Assembly: GCA_021785125.1 (NCBI GenBank)
Contig: JAJYGF010000015.1
Coordinates: 17,482-81,481, forward strand
DNA length: 64,000 nucleotides
Source: a bacterium
GTDB taxonomy: Bacteria; Patescibacteriota; Minisyncoccia; Moranbacterales; UBA2206
Direction: 5' to 3'
Each line of letters begins with the position of its first letter. Position 1 is the stretch's first letter. The position numbers and the translations under genes were made by a program. The notes under the pieces were generated by a model, which worked only from the letters and a program-made list of their open reading frames with translations, ran no database searches and was not told the origin of the DNA. This document shows, piece after piece, positions 56,488 through 64,000 of this stretch.

Positions 56488-56552
56488 TTTATGAGCGGGG
56501 ATTGACCCCGCTTTTAAGTAGAAATTTTAAAAATAAATAAGCTATATTTATT

Positions 56553-57161
56553 ATGGACACAAAAGAAATACTTGCTTACGAAGAGAAAAATATTAAAAGT
56601 GATCAAATGTGGGATGCTGATACTGTAGGCCCGGTATTTTTTTGTATTTATTGTTTTCATAAAATGACAGATTATCCCGCATACTGTTCGCATTGCGGAC
56701 ATACTAATACAATATATAAAGCTCCTAAGAATGTAAGAGATCAAAAATATTGCAATGTACATTCTCAAAAGCTGGCTGTGGGTTGGTGCGCTCTATGTGC
56801 TAAACCTATTTGTGAGTTGTGTGATAGTCAAGGTAAAAATCCTTCGGAGTATTTTGATTATACTGTAAATTTAAAATGCAAAAGCTGTCTGGATAAAAGT
56901 GAGAAATTAGCTCAAGATCACGAAGGTCATCTAAAAAACGGAGTGTGTTGTAGGCATGAAGATGTAAAAGCGGTAAATAATTGCATTACTTGTAATAGTC
57001 CTATTTGTGAAAATTGTTCATATTCTTTGGAAACAAGCAATGGAATATTTTTTAAAAAAATTGAAAATTATGGTCCTTATTGTCTCACATGCTTAAGGCG
57101 AGCTAGAATAGAAAAAGCCTTCAAAAGTAAGGTCAGCTGGAAACCATATAAAAAAATTTAG
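56553..57161 (+). CDS. Cys-rich protein with two B-box-like zinc-finger motifs
   Basis: CNVHSQKLAVGWCALCAKPICELCD and CCRHEDVKAVNNCITCNSPICENC (C-x2-H-x7-C-x2-C-x4-C-x2-C pattern) plus N-terminal CxxC..CxxC. Confidence 0.55.
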   Translation: MDTKEILAYEEKNIKSDQMWDADTVGPVFFCIYCFHKMTDYPAYCSHCGHTNTIYKAPKNVRDQKYCNVHSQKLAVGWCALCAKPICELCDSQGKNPSEYFDYTVNLKCKSCLDKSEKLAQDHEGHLKNGVCCRHEDVKAVNNCITCNSPICENCSYSLETSNGIFFKKIENYGPYCLTCLRRARIEKAFKSKVSWKPYKKI

Positions 57162-57168
57162 ATAGTAT

Positions 57169-57483
57169 ATGAAATTCATCCTCATCTACATAACTCATAA
57201 AAATCTGAGAGAGGCCAAAAAAGTGGCCGGGCATTTGCTTGCCAAAAGATTGATAGCTTGCGTGAACTATTTCCCGATCCAAAGTTCCTATTGGTGGAAA
57301 GGCAAGATTGAAAGCGGAAAGGAAATCGTGACTTTTGTGAAAACTCGGAAAGAAAATTGGAAAAAGGTTCGCGATGAGGTAAAAAAGATTCATCCATACG
57401 AAACCCCTTGCATAATGAAGCTGGAAGTTGAGGCGAATGAGGATTATGCGGAGTGGGTACTGGCGGAAACCGCGACGCATTGA
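57169..57483 (+). CDS. cutA: divalent-cation tolerance protein CutA
   Basis: IYITHKNLREAKKVAGHLLAKRLIACVNYFPIQSSYWWKGKIE... Confidence 0.8.
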   Translation: MKFILIYITHKNLREAKKVAGHLLAKRLIACVNYFPIQSSYWWKGKIESGKEIVTFVKTRKENWKKVRDEVKKIHPYETPCIMKLEVEANEDYAEWVLAETATH

Positions 57484-57551
57484 CAAATCGATTATTTTTT
57501 GATATAGTAACTTGCTGAATAGTCAGCTAAAAACCAAAGGAGGAAACAAGC

Positions 57552-58010
57552 ATGAAAAGCTTGGTCAAATTGTTCTTTACAGGTTGGGGACTGTTCTTCG
57601 GAATCCTGTCCTTCATAGCCACGATGGCTTTTCCGGGTGCGATAGTGCTTGCCGGAAACGAGGTGGTGATCAATTGGCGGTTCATCGCCATTGGCCTTGT
57701 GCTGGGGATATTCACCTCAGCCATGACAAACAAGGTGCTGGTCAATAACCCGCGGTATCTGAAAAAGCTGGAAAAGACTTGGAAGACTTTCTGGTTCATA
57801 TTCGGGTGGGCGATTGCCGGAGCATTTTTCATTAGCCTCGGACCCTTGGGAAATCCCTCGGCCATGCTGGCATCCGATCGGGAGCTTACAAACGCTTATC
57901 ACAACGCTTTTCTGATAGCGTCGGCAACATTTGTACTGATTGCTGGCTATCGCGCAATGGTGGCATGGAAGCATCCTGAAGAAATCGGCAAGGTATATGA
58001 TATATTCTGA
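57552..58010 (+). CDS. hypothetical 4-TM membrane protein
   Basis: AAAGGAGG RBS; 152 aa. Confidence 0.5.
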   Translation: MKSLVKLFFTGWGLFFGILSFIATMAFPGAIVLAGNEVVINWRFIAIGLVLGIFTSAMTNKVLVNNPRYLKKLEKTWKTFWFIFGWAIAGAFFISLGPLGNPSAMLASDRELTNAYHNAFLIASATFVLIAGYRAMVAWKHPEEIGKVYDIF

Positions 58011-58212
58011 CCCTTCCAACCTAAACTCTCAAACAAAGGCACATAAGTCGGGCGGCTCTTTTCTAGAGACCGCCTTTTTCTTTTCCAAATTTGCCAGGTT
58101 AGAGATGGTCAGATGGAAGATTCCTGTCAGTTAAATTGACATTCTGCTGACTTTTGTATTAATATGGGTAAAATTTCAACGTAAATTTCTCTACCTTAAC
58201 AAGGAGGCGCAG

Positions 58213-58512
58213 ATGAACACATATGTTCTAGCTGGAATAATATATTCCGTACTCATGTCGATTTCTTGGCTGATGCTGGTCATTTCCCCTGGTCCAAGTT
58301 TTAAAGACCTCTATGTATCAGGAAGAATGCTGTCATACTTTGTGGTTTTGATAGTTTTGCAGTTTTTAATCCCACTCTCAATGCTTATAAGGATGCTTTC
58401 TGGCAAAATAAAAATACAGCTGAAAGAAATTGTTTTCTGTATTTTTATAACATTGACTTGGCCGATTTCTTCATTGTATATGTTGAAATCCCATGATAGT
58501 AAATATAGTTAG
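58213..58512 (+). CDS. hypothetical 3-TM membrane protein
   Basis: AAGGAGG RBS; 99 aa. Confidence 0.45.
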   Translation: MNTYVLAGIIYSVLMSISWLMLVISPGPSFKDLYVSGRMLSYFVVLIVLQFLIPLSMLIRMLSGKIKIQLKEIVFCIFITLTWPISSLYMLKSHDSKYS

Positions 58513-58683
58513 GCAGGACGAAAACCCTCTCTTTTTAATAAGGCACTGGAAAACCAGTGTCTTTTTCTTTTCCAAATTTGCCAGCGATTTTGCGGCGGGA
58601 TCACCCACAAAAACATAACAGAAGCGGAGAAGATCGCTCACAGCTGAATTGACGTTAAGGGGCAAATTAAGTACAATTATTCC

Positions 58684-58986
58684 ATGGAAGAAAATAAAAA
58701 AACTTATTCCGAAGACCATGTGCTGGCGATGTTTGAGGAAATCAAAGGCCAAGGCAAAATTGCCATTGAGCTATATTCCAGCTTGTCAGAAAAATTTGAT
58801 CTAGTATTGGAAGATATTGATGAATTAAAATCTGATAATGTTGATATGAAAAGAGATATTAAAGAAATAAAGGAGGAATTAGTTGGAATGAATATGAAAC
58901 TGGACAATAAAGCTGAAAAAACTGTGATTGAAGATCATGAAGATCGCTTGCTGAAACTGGAAAAATCCGCCGTGGCGGCTGGCTAA
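58684..58986 (+). CDS. acidic coiled-coil hypothetical protein
   Basis: 100 aa; terminator AAAAAGCCC..GGGGCTTTTT at ~59012-59035. Confidence 0.4.
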   Translation: MEENKKTYSEDHVLAMFEEIKGQGKIAIELYSSLSEKFDLVLEDIDELKSDNVDMKRDIKEIKEELVGMNMKLDNKAEKTVIEDHEDRLLKLEKSAVAAG

Positions 58987-59083
58987 AGAACAATACAATT
59001 TTCCATATCCCAAAAAGCCCTATCCGAGGGGCTTTTTAGCTATGGCATGTACAGTCAACATCTAATGGTGACTGTACGAATAT

Positions 59084-59112
59084 TTGACAATAAATTTAAG
59101 CTGTGTTAAAAT
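59084..59112 (+). promoter_or_regulatory. sigma70-like promoter TTGACA-17-TAAAAT (TGn extended) preceded by 10-bp hairpin 59048-59076
   Basis: read directly. Confidence 0.5.
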
Positions 59113-59155
59113 AAAAAATTACAGTACCTTAAACAAAGAGAAATGGGAGGTAAAA

Positions 59156-59200
59156 ATGGAAACAAGCATTATTCTGTTTTTGAATTTAATTTTTTATTAA
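59156..59200 (+). CDS. 14-codon hydrophobic micro-ORF (METSIILFLNLIFY) with GGGAGG RBS; possible leader peptide
   Basis: RBS 59144-59149, ATG 59156, TAA 59198-59200. Confidence 0.3.
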   Translation: METSIILFLNLIFY

Positions 59201-59300
59201 TCATCCGTCGCATATTCTTAAAGAATAATAAAGCGAATATTTTGTATCATAAAAATATAAGCCATTGTACCTTTTATCTTAAGTAAAAAGGAGGAGCAAA

Positions 59301-59606
59301 TTGGAAAACGGGGACGAATCCTTTGCGGACCTGGTTGGGCAATTCGTAACAAGTGTTTCGAATTGCATGAGTTGCGCCGGGCGTTTCGACAGTGACAAGG
59401 TTGATGAGATTTTGTCAAAGATACATTCTCAAAGGCCTCAAAAATGCTTGGTCTTTGCCAAGCAGGCGGTCAGGATGTTTTGCCAGCGCGGATGCCGGAA
59501 AGAAGAAAGGGTCGCGCTGGACCTGATTGTGGAGAAAAGCAAGAAATATCTCTCTGAAACCGACAAAAGGGAATTGGAGAGGTTTTTGGAGCAAGAATGC
59601 GGCTGA
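59301..59606 (+). CDS. hypothetical 101-aa protein (TTG start after GGAGGAG RBS)
   Basis: ORF track; four Cys (CMSCAG...CLVF...CQRGC). Confidence 0.4.
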   Translation: MENGDESFADLVGQFVTSVSNCMSCAGRFDSDKVDEILSKIHSQRPQKCLVFAKQAVRMFCQRGCRKEERVALDLIVEKSKKYLSETDKRELERFLEQECG

Positions 59607-59694
59607 TCGGAGTTTTGCCGCATAGCCTCATGTCTTGTTGCAGGGGATTTGTCTCCTGCTTTTTTATTTTCCGATTTCTGCTAGAATTAAACCG

Positions 59695-60645
59695 ATGATT
59701 ATAAAAATAAAAATTCTGAAATATGTTCTGGCGCTTCTCACATTATTGTCCGCCTTTTTCGCCTGGCAAAGCGTCGAACGGGCGATCAACATTTCCGGTT
59801 CCGGCGCATGGACGGTTCCGACGCTTTGGTTTTCCTTGTTGATCATGCTTCTGTATGTGGATATTCTAACCATCAAAAGGATTTTGATGTTGCAATCGAT
59901 GCTTGCGGCGGTTTTTCTGCTTAGCCTATTTTTCGCTTCCGGCTTCTGGTATCTCATTGCTTTAGCGCTGGCCTATCTTTTTTCGTCATGGGCGCTTCTG
60001 AAAATAAAAAAAGATCTGCGGCTGAATGTGAAATTGAGTTTGTGGAAATCCGTCCGGACAGGCAGTACGCTGCTGATTCTGGCCGTTTCGATCGTCATTT
60101 CCAGCCAATATTATTTCGAAATAAAAAATCTTGGCAGGGAACATATCGTTCCCCATTTCCAATTCAGCGGCCTGACGAGCGGATTGACTTCCCGGATTTT
60201 GTCCGCTTTCAATCCGAATTTCAAAAACATGGACCAGCAAGGCTTGACGGTCGATCAGTTTGTTTTGGAAATTGCCAAACAGCAGAATGCCGGCGCGTTG
60301 CCGAACAACGGCCAAGAGGGGATGATTTTGGAGGAAGGAAGGAAACAGCTGTCCGAAATGGTCGGAACTCCCTTGGCCGGACAGGAAAAAGTCTCCGATG
60401 TTTTTTCAAATCTGATCAATGACAAGATAAACCAATATTTGGCCGGATCCGGCCTGTCCGACTCAAACAATTCTTCCGTGCTGCCATATATAATGGCAAT
60501 CGTGCTGTTCATAACGACATTGTCGCTGGGATCGTTTCTTAATACTTTCTGGATCCTTGTCGCGGAACTGGCCTTCTTTGTCCTGGTCAGGCTGAAATTC
60601 ATAAAGGTTTCCAAGGTGTCAGTCGAGATGGAAGTGATAGAATAG
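59695..60645 (+). CDS. hypothetical polytopic membrane protein
   Basis: MIIKIKILKYVLALLTLLSAFFAW..., ~6 TM; ORF track start 59635. Confidence 0.5.
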   Translation: MIIKIKILKYVLALLTLLSAFFAWQSVERAINISGSGAWTVPTLWFSLLIMLLYVDILTIKRILMLQSMLAAVFLLSLFFASGFWYLIALALAYLFSSWALLKIKKDLRLNVKLSLWKSVRTGSTLLILAVSIVISSQYYFEIKNLGREHIVPHFQFSGLTSGLTSRILSAFNPNFKNMDQQGLTVDQFVLEIAKQQNAGALPNNGQEGMILEEGRKQLSEMVGTPLAGQEKVSDVFSNLINDKINQYLAGSGLSDSNNSSVLPYIMAIVLFITTLSLGSFLNTFWILVAELAFFVLVRLKFIKVSKVSVEMEVIE

Positions 60646-60732
60646 TGATGGCCGATTAGCACTCCTGGCTTGGGATTGCTAATTTTTTATTTTCATGATA
60701 GAGTTATAAAAGGAGTAAATTGTATTTAAGAT

Positions 60733-61830
60733 ATGGCAAATAAAGATTATTATGATGTTTTGGGCGTGTCGCGCGGCGCTTCCGACGATGAGATAAAAAA
60801 AGCTTATCGGAAACTGGCCCACAAATATCATCCGGACAAAGCCGGCGGATCCGAAGCGAAATTCAAAGAGATCAACGAGGCATACCAGGTTTTATCCGAC
60901 AAGACCAAGCGCCAGCAATATGACCAATTCGGACAGACATTTCAAGGTGGAGCAGCCGGTGGCGGGTTCGGCGGTTTTGATTTTTCAGGCTTCCAGCAAG
61001 GATTCGGCCAAGGCGGATTCGAAGGTTTTGAATTCGGCGGCGAGGGTTTTGAAGATATTTTTTCGAATATATTCGGAGGATCTTCAAGAGCCAAAAGGCG
61101 TTCGTATGGTGCGGATATTCAAGTTGACGTGGAAATTATATTTTCTGAAATGGTGCATGGGACTGAAAAAGAAATAAAATTATACAAGCGCGCCACATGC
61201 GACAGATGCAATGGCTCGGGCGGAGAGCCGGGCGCCGATCTCAAAACGTGTCCAACCTGTAAAGGTTCTGGACGGATCCAAACAACCAGGAGAAGTTTGT
61301 TTGGCAGTTTCTCGCAGGTCAGCGAATGTCCGGAATGCCATGGTTCGGGACAGATATATGAAAAGAAATGTTCCAAGTGCGGCGGAGACGGACGGGTGCG
61401 CGAAGAGCAGACTGTCGAACTCAAAATTCCGGCCGGCATTTCGGACGGCCAGACGATTTCCGTCAAAGGTCAAGGCGAGGCGGGCGAACGCGGAGCTCAA
61501 GCCGGAGATCTGTATGTGAATGTGCATGTCTTGCCGCACAAAAAATTCACACGCAAAGGCAATGATATTTTGAGTACTGAATACGTTCCGTTTTCGGTGG
61601 CCACACTGGGTGGCAAAATTGAAATCGATACGATCGAAGGTAAATTAATATTGAAAATTCCAGCCGGCACGCCATCGGGCGAGGTTTTCCGAGTGAAAGG
61701 CAAGGGCATTCCGGAACTTCATGGCCGGGGAGTCGGCAATCAATTGGTGACAGTTGTCGTCCAGGTGCCGAAAAGCTTGAGTCGCGATCAAAAAGCGTTG
61801 CTTGAAAAATTGAAAGATCAAGGAATTTGA
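60733..61830 (+). CDS. dnaJ: molecular chaperone DnaJ
   Basis: J-domain HPD, G/F region, four CxxCxGxG repeats. Confidence 0.95.
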   Translation: MANKDYYDVLGVSRGASDDEIKKAYRKLAHKYHPDKAGGSEAKFKEINEAYQVLSDKTKRQQYDQFGQTFQGGAAGGGFGGFDFSGFQQGFGQGGFEGFEFGGEGFEDIFSNIFGGSSRAKRRSYGADIQVDVEIIFSEMVHGTEKEIKLYKRATCDRCNGSGGEPGADLKTCPTCKGSGRIQTTRRSLFGSFSQVSECPECHGSGQIYEKKCSKCGGDGRVREEQTVELKIPAGISDGQTISVKGQGEAGERGAQAGDLYVNVHVLPHKKFTRKGNDILSTEYVPFSVATLGGKIEIDTIEGKLILKIPAGTPSGEVFRVKGKGIPELHGRGVGNQLVTVVVQVPKSLSRDQKALLEKLKDQGI

Positions 61831-61858
61831 AAAAGGCGCGCCATTGCGCCTTTTATTT
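61831..61858 (+). terminator. intrinsic terminator AAAAGGCGC-GCCATT-GCGCCTTTT
   Basis: perfect 9-bp stem + T-tract. Confidence 0.6.
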
Positions 61859-61899
61859 TCTTGCGGATAGCGTATAATAAAAAAGTAAAAACAAATCCG

Positions 61900-62400
61900 A
61901 TGGATATCACACATTTATTCGCCCAGTTCGGAATAGATCCCAAGACGGCCCAGGACATCACGCTGTTTCTGATCATCGCGCTTTTGAGCTTCGTGTTCGG
62001 CATGTTCATCGGTCGTTACAAACTGATCACCATTCTCATCAACATCTACGTGGCTTTCGCGATCATGATGGCCGTGCCGGCGCAATACTTTGCCGATTAT
62101 ACGATGAAGCTGATTTTTTTTGCGGCCGGTGTCATAATTCTGACTCTGATAAGCAAGAGATTATTTGAAATTTACATCTCCGGCTCCGGCTCCGGATTTT
62201 TGTGGCGAGTGTTTGTGATGAGCTTTTTGGAAGTGGTATTCTTGATCAGCATCATCATTTCGATCATTCCGAAAAAAGTGGCGTTGGGTTATGTTTCTAA
62301 AACGGCGTACGGTTATCTGGCATCCGACAATGCGCGCCTCATCTGGATGATTATGCCGCTGGCATTCATGTTTTTCATACATAAGAAATTGAATCGCTAA
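61900..62400 (+). CDS. hypothetical 4-TM membrane protein
   Basis: ATG 61900 MDITHLF...; ORF track TTG start 61861. Confidence 0.45.
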   Translation: MDITHLFAQFGIDPKTAQDITLFLIIALLSFVFGMFIGRYKLITILINIYVAFAIMMAVPAQYFADYTMKLIFFAAGVIILTLISKRLFEIYISGSGSGFLWRVFVMSFLEVVFLISIIISIIPKKVALGYVSKTAYGYLASDNARLIWMIMPLAFMFFIHKKLNR

Positions 62401-62465
62401 TATTGACTGGCGAGAAATAAGTGCTATAATGGCAAAAGGTTATTTCTAATAACTTTATTTTATTT

Positions 62466-62539
62466 GGGTCGTTAGCTCAGCCTGGTAGAGCAGTTGCCTT
62501 TTAAGCAAACGGTCGGAGGTCCGAATCCTCCACGACCCA
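62466..62539 (+). tRNA. tRNA-Lys (anticodon UUU)
   Basis: acceptor GGGUCGU/ACGACCC, D GCUC/GAGC, anticodon loop CUUUUAA, T-arm GGAGG-UCCGAAU-CCUCC. Confidence 0.9.
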
Positions 62540-62566
62540 CATCAATGGAGTTGAAACTGACTTTAC

Positions 62567-62640
62567 GGGCGATTAGCTCAGCTGGCTAGAGCGCGTCACT
62601 GATAATGACGAGGTCCGAGGTTCGAGTCCCCGATCGCCCA
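62567..62640 (+). tRNA. tRNA-Ile (anticodon GAU)
   Basis: acceptor GGGCGAU/AUCGCCC, anticodon stem CGUCA/UGACG loop CUGAUAA, T-loop UUCGAGU (one A-C mismatch in T-stem). Confidence 0.9.
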
Positions 62641-62825
62641 CAATGAAAAAACCCATTACGGTTTTTCTTTATAAAAAGCCGTTTTTTTATCAGGTGGGCG
62701 CCTTCCTCCGGTCCGCCACCGATGTTCACTTGGATTAATGGCTGGCCGATGCTGACAAGCCCGTGCCGCCCATTTCAATGGTTCTTCCATATTTCATTCC
62801 CGAACAAAGACGATCCTCGATTATT

Positions 62826-63086
62826 TTATTTCGCTTCGCCATTGAAGCAGAAATATCCGCCCGCCAATTTATAATTTTGAAAGATCGGACAATTTCCGCA
62901 GACACAGCCCTTGTCCGTAAGTCGGCAAGCCGTCACGCCTTTGGCGCAATAAAGATTTTCCTTTGTGTTTTTGGCGCATGCGTCCGATTGCCAGGTAGGA
63001 CAATCGGGACAGACGCATTGTTGAGCGTTGGCTAAAGTGTCTGGAACTTTTGACATATGCGATGCTTGAAGGCTTACTTTTTTCAA
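62826..63086 (-). CDS. small Cys-rich protein (DUF2769-like?)
   Basis: 86 aa with 12 Cys: CVCPDCPTWQSDAC...YCAKGVTAC...CVCGNCPIF. Confidence 0.4.
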   Translation of the reverse strand: MKKVSLQASHMSKVPDTLANAQQCVCPDCPTWQSDACAKNTKENLYCAKGVTACRLTDKGCVCGNCPIFQNYKLAGGYFCFNGEAK

Positions 63087-63158
63087 TAGATATTACAGGC
63101 GTTATTTCGCTGATATTTCAAGCTAGGCAAGGGTCGGTTTTCCTGATATAATTGTCTT

Positions 63159-64000
63159 ATGAAAAAATTACTGTCCATTATTGCCATGTCTTTTGCGATC
63201 GTGATCCTCTCCGGCTGTTCCGCGGTTTCGAATCCTTCCACGACCAGCAGTGTTTGGAAATCGACTGACGGCGGTAAGACCTGGGTCGCCAAAAATAAAA
63301 TCGGTCAAAAGGCGAATTTGAGCTCATCTGACGTGTTGAGTATGGCAGTTAATCCGTATGACACGCAAAACGTTCTGGTTGGAACCGATAAAGACGGTAT
63401 TTTCTATACGGAAGACGGGGGAGAAAATTGGTCGCCGTTGAATTTTCAATCTCAAAAAGTATATGGTCTGGCGATCGATGCCACGGACGGACGCATCATT
63501 TACGCCAGCGGCGTTTGGCAGAACAGGGGCAAAATTTGGAGGAGCAGTGATTCCGGACTGACTTGGCGCGAAATATATACCGCGCCTGCGGCCGGCCCCA
63601 TCATCATTTCATTGACGCTGGGCAAGAATTCAAACGTGATTTATGCCACTACCAGTGACGACCAAGTCATAAAAAGTACCGATGCCGGCCAAACATGGAA
63701 AAATATATATCAATCTTCTAGTCCGGTGCTGGATGTGGCCATAGATAGTTTGAATGACAATCTGGCGTACTTCATTTTGCAGGGCGGCGGAGTCTTAAGG
63801 AGCCGTAATGGCGGAAACACAATGGAAGATATATCGCGAAATATAGCATCGGTCGCCAAAAGTCAGGACGCTTCGATTGTCATCGCCGATCCGAAAGTCG
63901 GGAATGTCGTATATGTAGCCGGCAGTTTAGGAATAGCGCGCAGTACGGACGGTGGCAATACTTGGAAAAAATTGGAGCTTTTGAGTGATGCGCAAAATTT
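63159..64000 (+). CDS. BNR/Asp-box repeat lipoprotein (3' partial, runs off window)
   Basis: lipobox LSGC; six SxDxGxTW repeats (STDGGKTW, TEDGGENW, SSDSGLTW, STDAGQTW, SRNGGNTM, STDGGNTW). Confidence 0.7.
   Translation, partial: MKKLLSIIAMSFAIVILSGCSAVSNPSTTSSVWKSTDGGKTWVAKNKIGQKANLSSSDVLSMAVNPYDTQNVLVGTDKDGIFYTEDGGENWSPLNFQSQKVYGLAIDATDGRIIYASGVWQNRGKIWRSSDSGLTWREIYTAPAAGPIIISLTLGKNSNVIYATTSDDQVIKSTDAGQTWKNIYQSSSPVLDVAIDSLNDNLAYFILQGGGVLRSRNGGNTMEDISRNIASVAKSQDASIVIADPKVGNVVYVAGSLGIARSTDGGNTWKKLELLSDAQN

Noticed and set aside
1-64000. CRISPR arrays, rRNA genes, transposases or integrases
   Set aside because: No regularly spaced direct repeats with unique spacers, no rRNA-like conserved stretches, and no DDE/tyrosine-recombinase motifs were seen in any long ORF. 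The short tandem repeats found (27323-27350) are microsatellite-like, not CRISPR.

Overview
The window is AT-rich and gene-dense, read here as a small-genome Patescibacteria/CPR-like bacterium (inferred from gene content only; no search was run). Core housekeeping blocks are present: dnaX (5' partial), a truncated dcw cluster (mraZ-rsmH-ftsL-ftsI-murF), an isoprenoid trio (polyprenyl synthase, ispG, uppS), a thiol-redox trio (Trx-fused CcdA/DsbD, trxA, trxB), a ribosomal/RNAP block (infA-rpmJ-rpsM-rpsK-rpsD-rpoA-rplQ, rplM-rpsI, rplU), recR/dnaB/dus/cysS on the minus strand, hrcA-grpE with a textbook CIRCE operator, dnaK and dnaJ (separated by ~4.9 kb of small genes), mnmA, alaS, and three tRNAs (Glu-CUC, Lys-UUU, Ile-GAU). 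Between these sit several accessory-looking elements. (1) An HTH + Doc/Fic toxin-antitoxin pair whose promoter is covered by four GTTAAC half-site palindromes. (2) A COG1373/DUF4143 AAA ATPase cassette of ~1.5 kb flanked by 27-bp direct repeats that duplicate the 3' end of mnmA, including a remnant ...GEMIGGGRIK* of the MnmA C-terminus. (3) A stand-alone module made of a membrane protein, a VirD4/TraG/TrwB-like coupling ATPase with a C-terminal zinc ribbon, and a micro TM protein, with no other type IV secretion components nearby. (4) A 20-bp perfect inverted repeat pair enclosing an 89-bp promoter-like segment immediately upstream of yjbQ; the second arm ends on the yjbQ GTG start. (5) A 44-bp perfect palindrome between ftsL and ftsI. 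(6) Two genes with apparent frameshifts in homopolymer runs, plus a pseudogene fragment of an FAD-oxidoreductase. (7) A family of AT-rich repeated intergenic elements. (8) A CorA-family transporter that seems to lack the GMN motif, a Cys/His-rich micro-protein coupled to cysS, and a B-box-like zinc-finger protein. No CRISPR array, rRNA, transposase or integrase gene was recognised.
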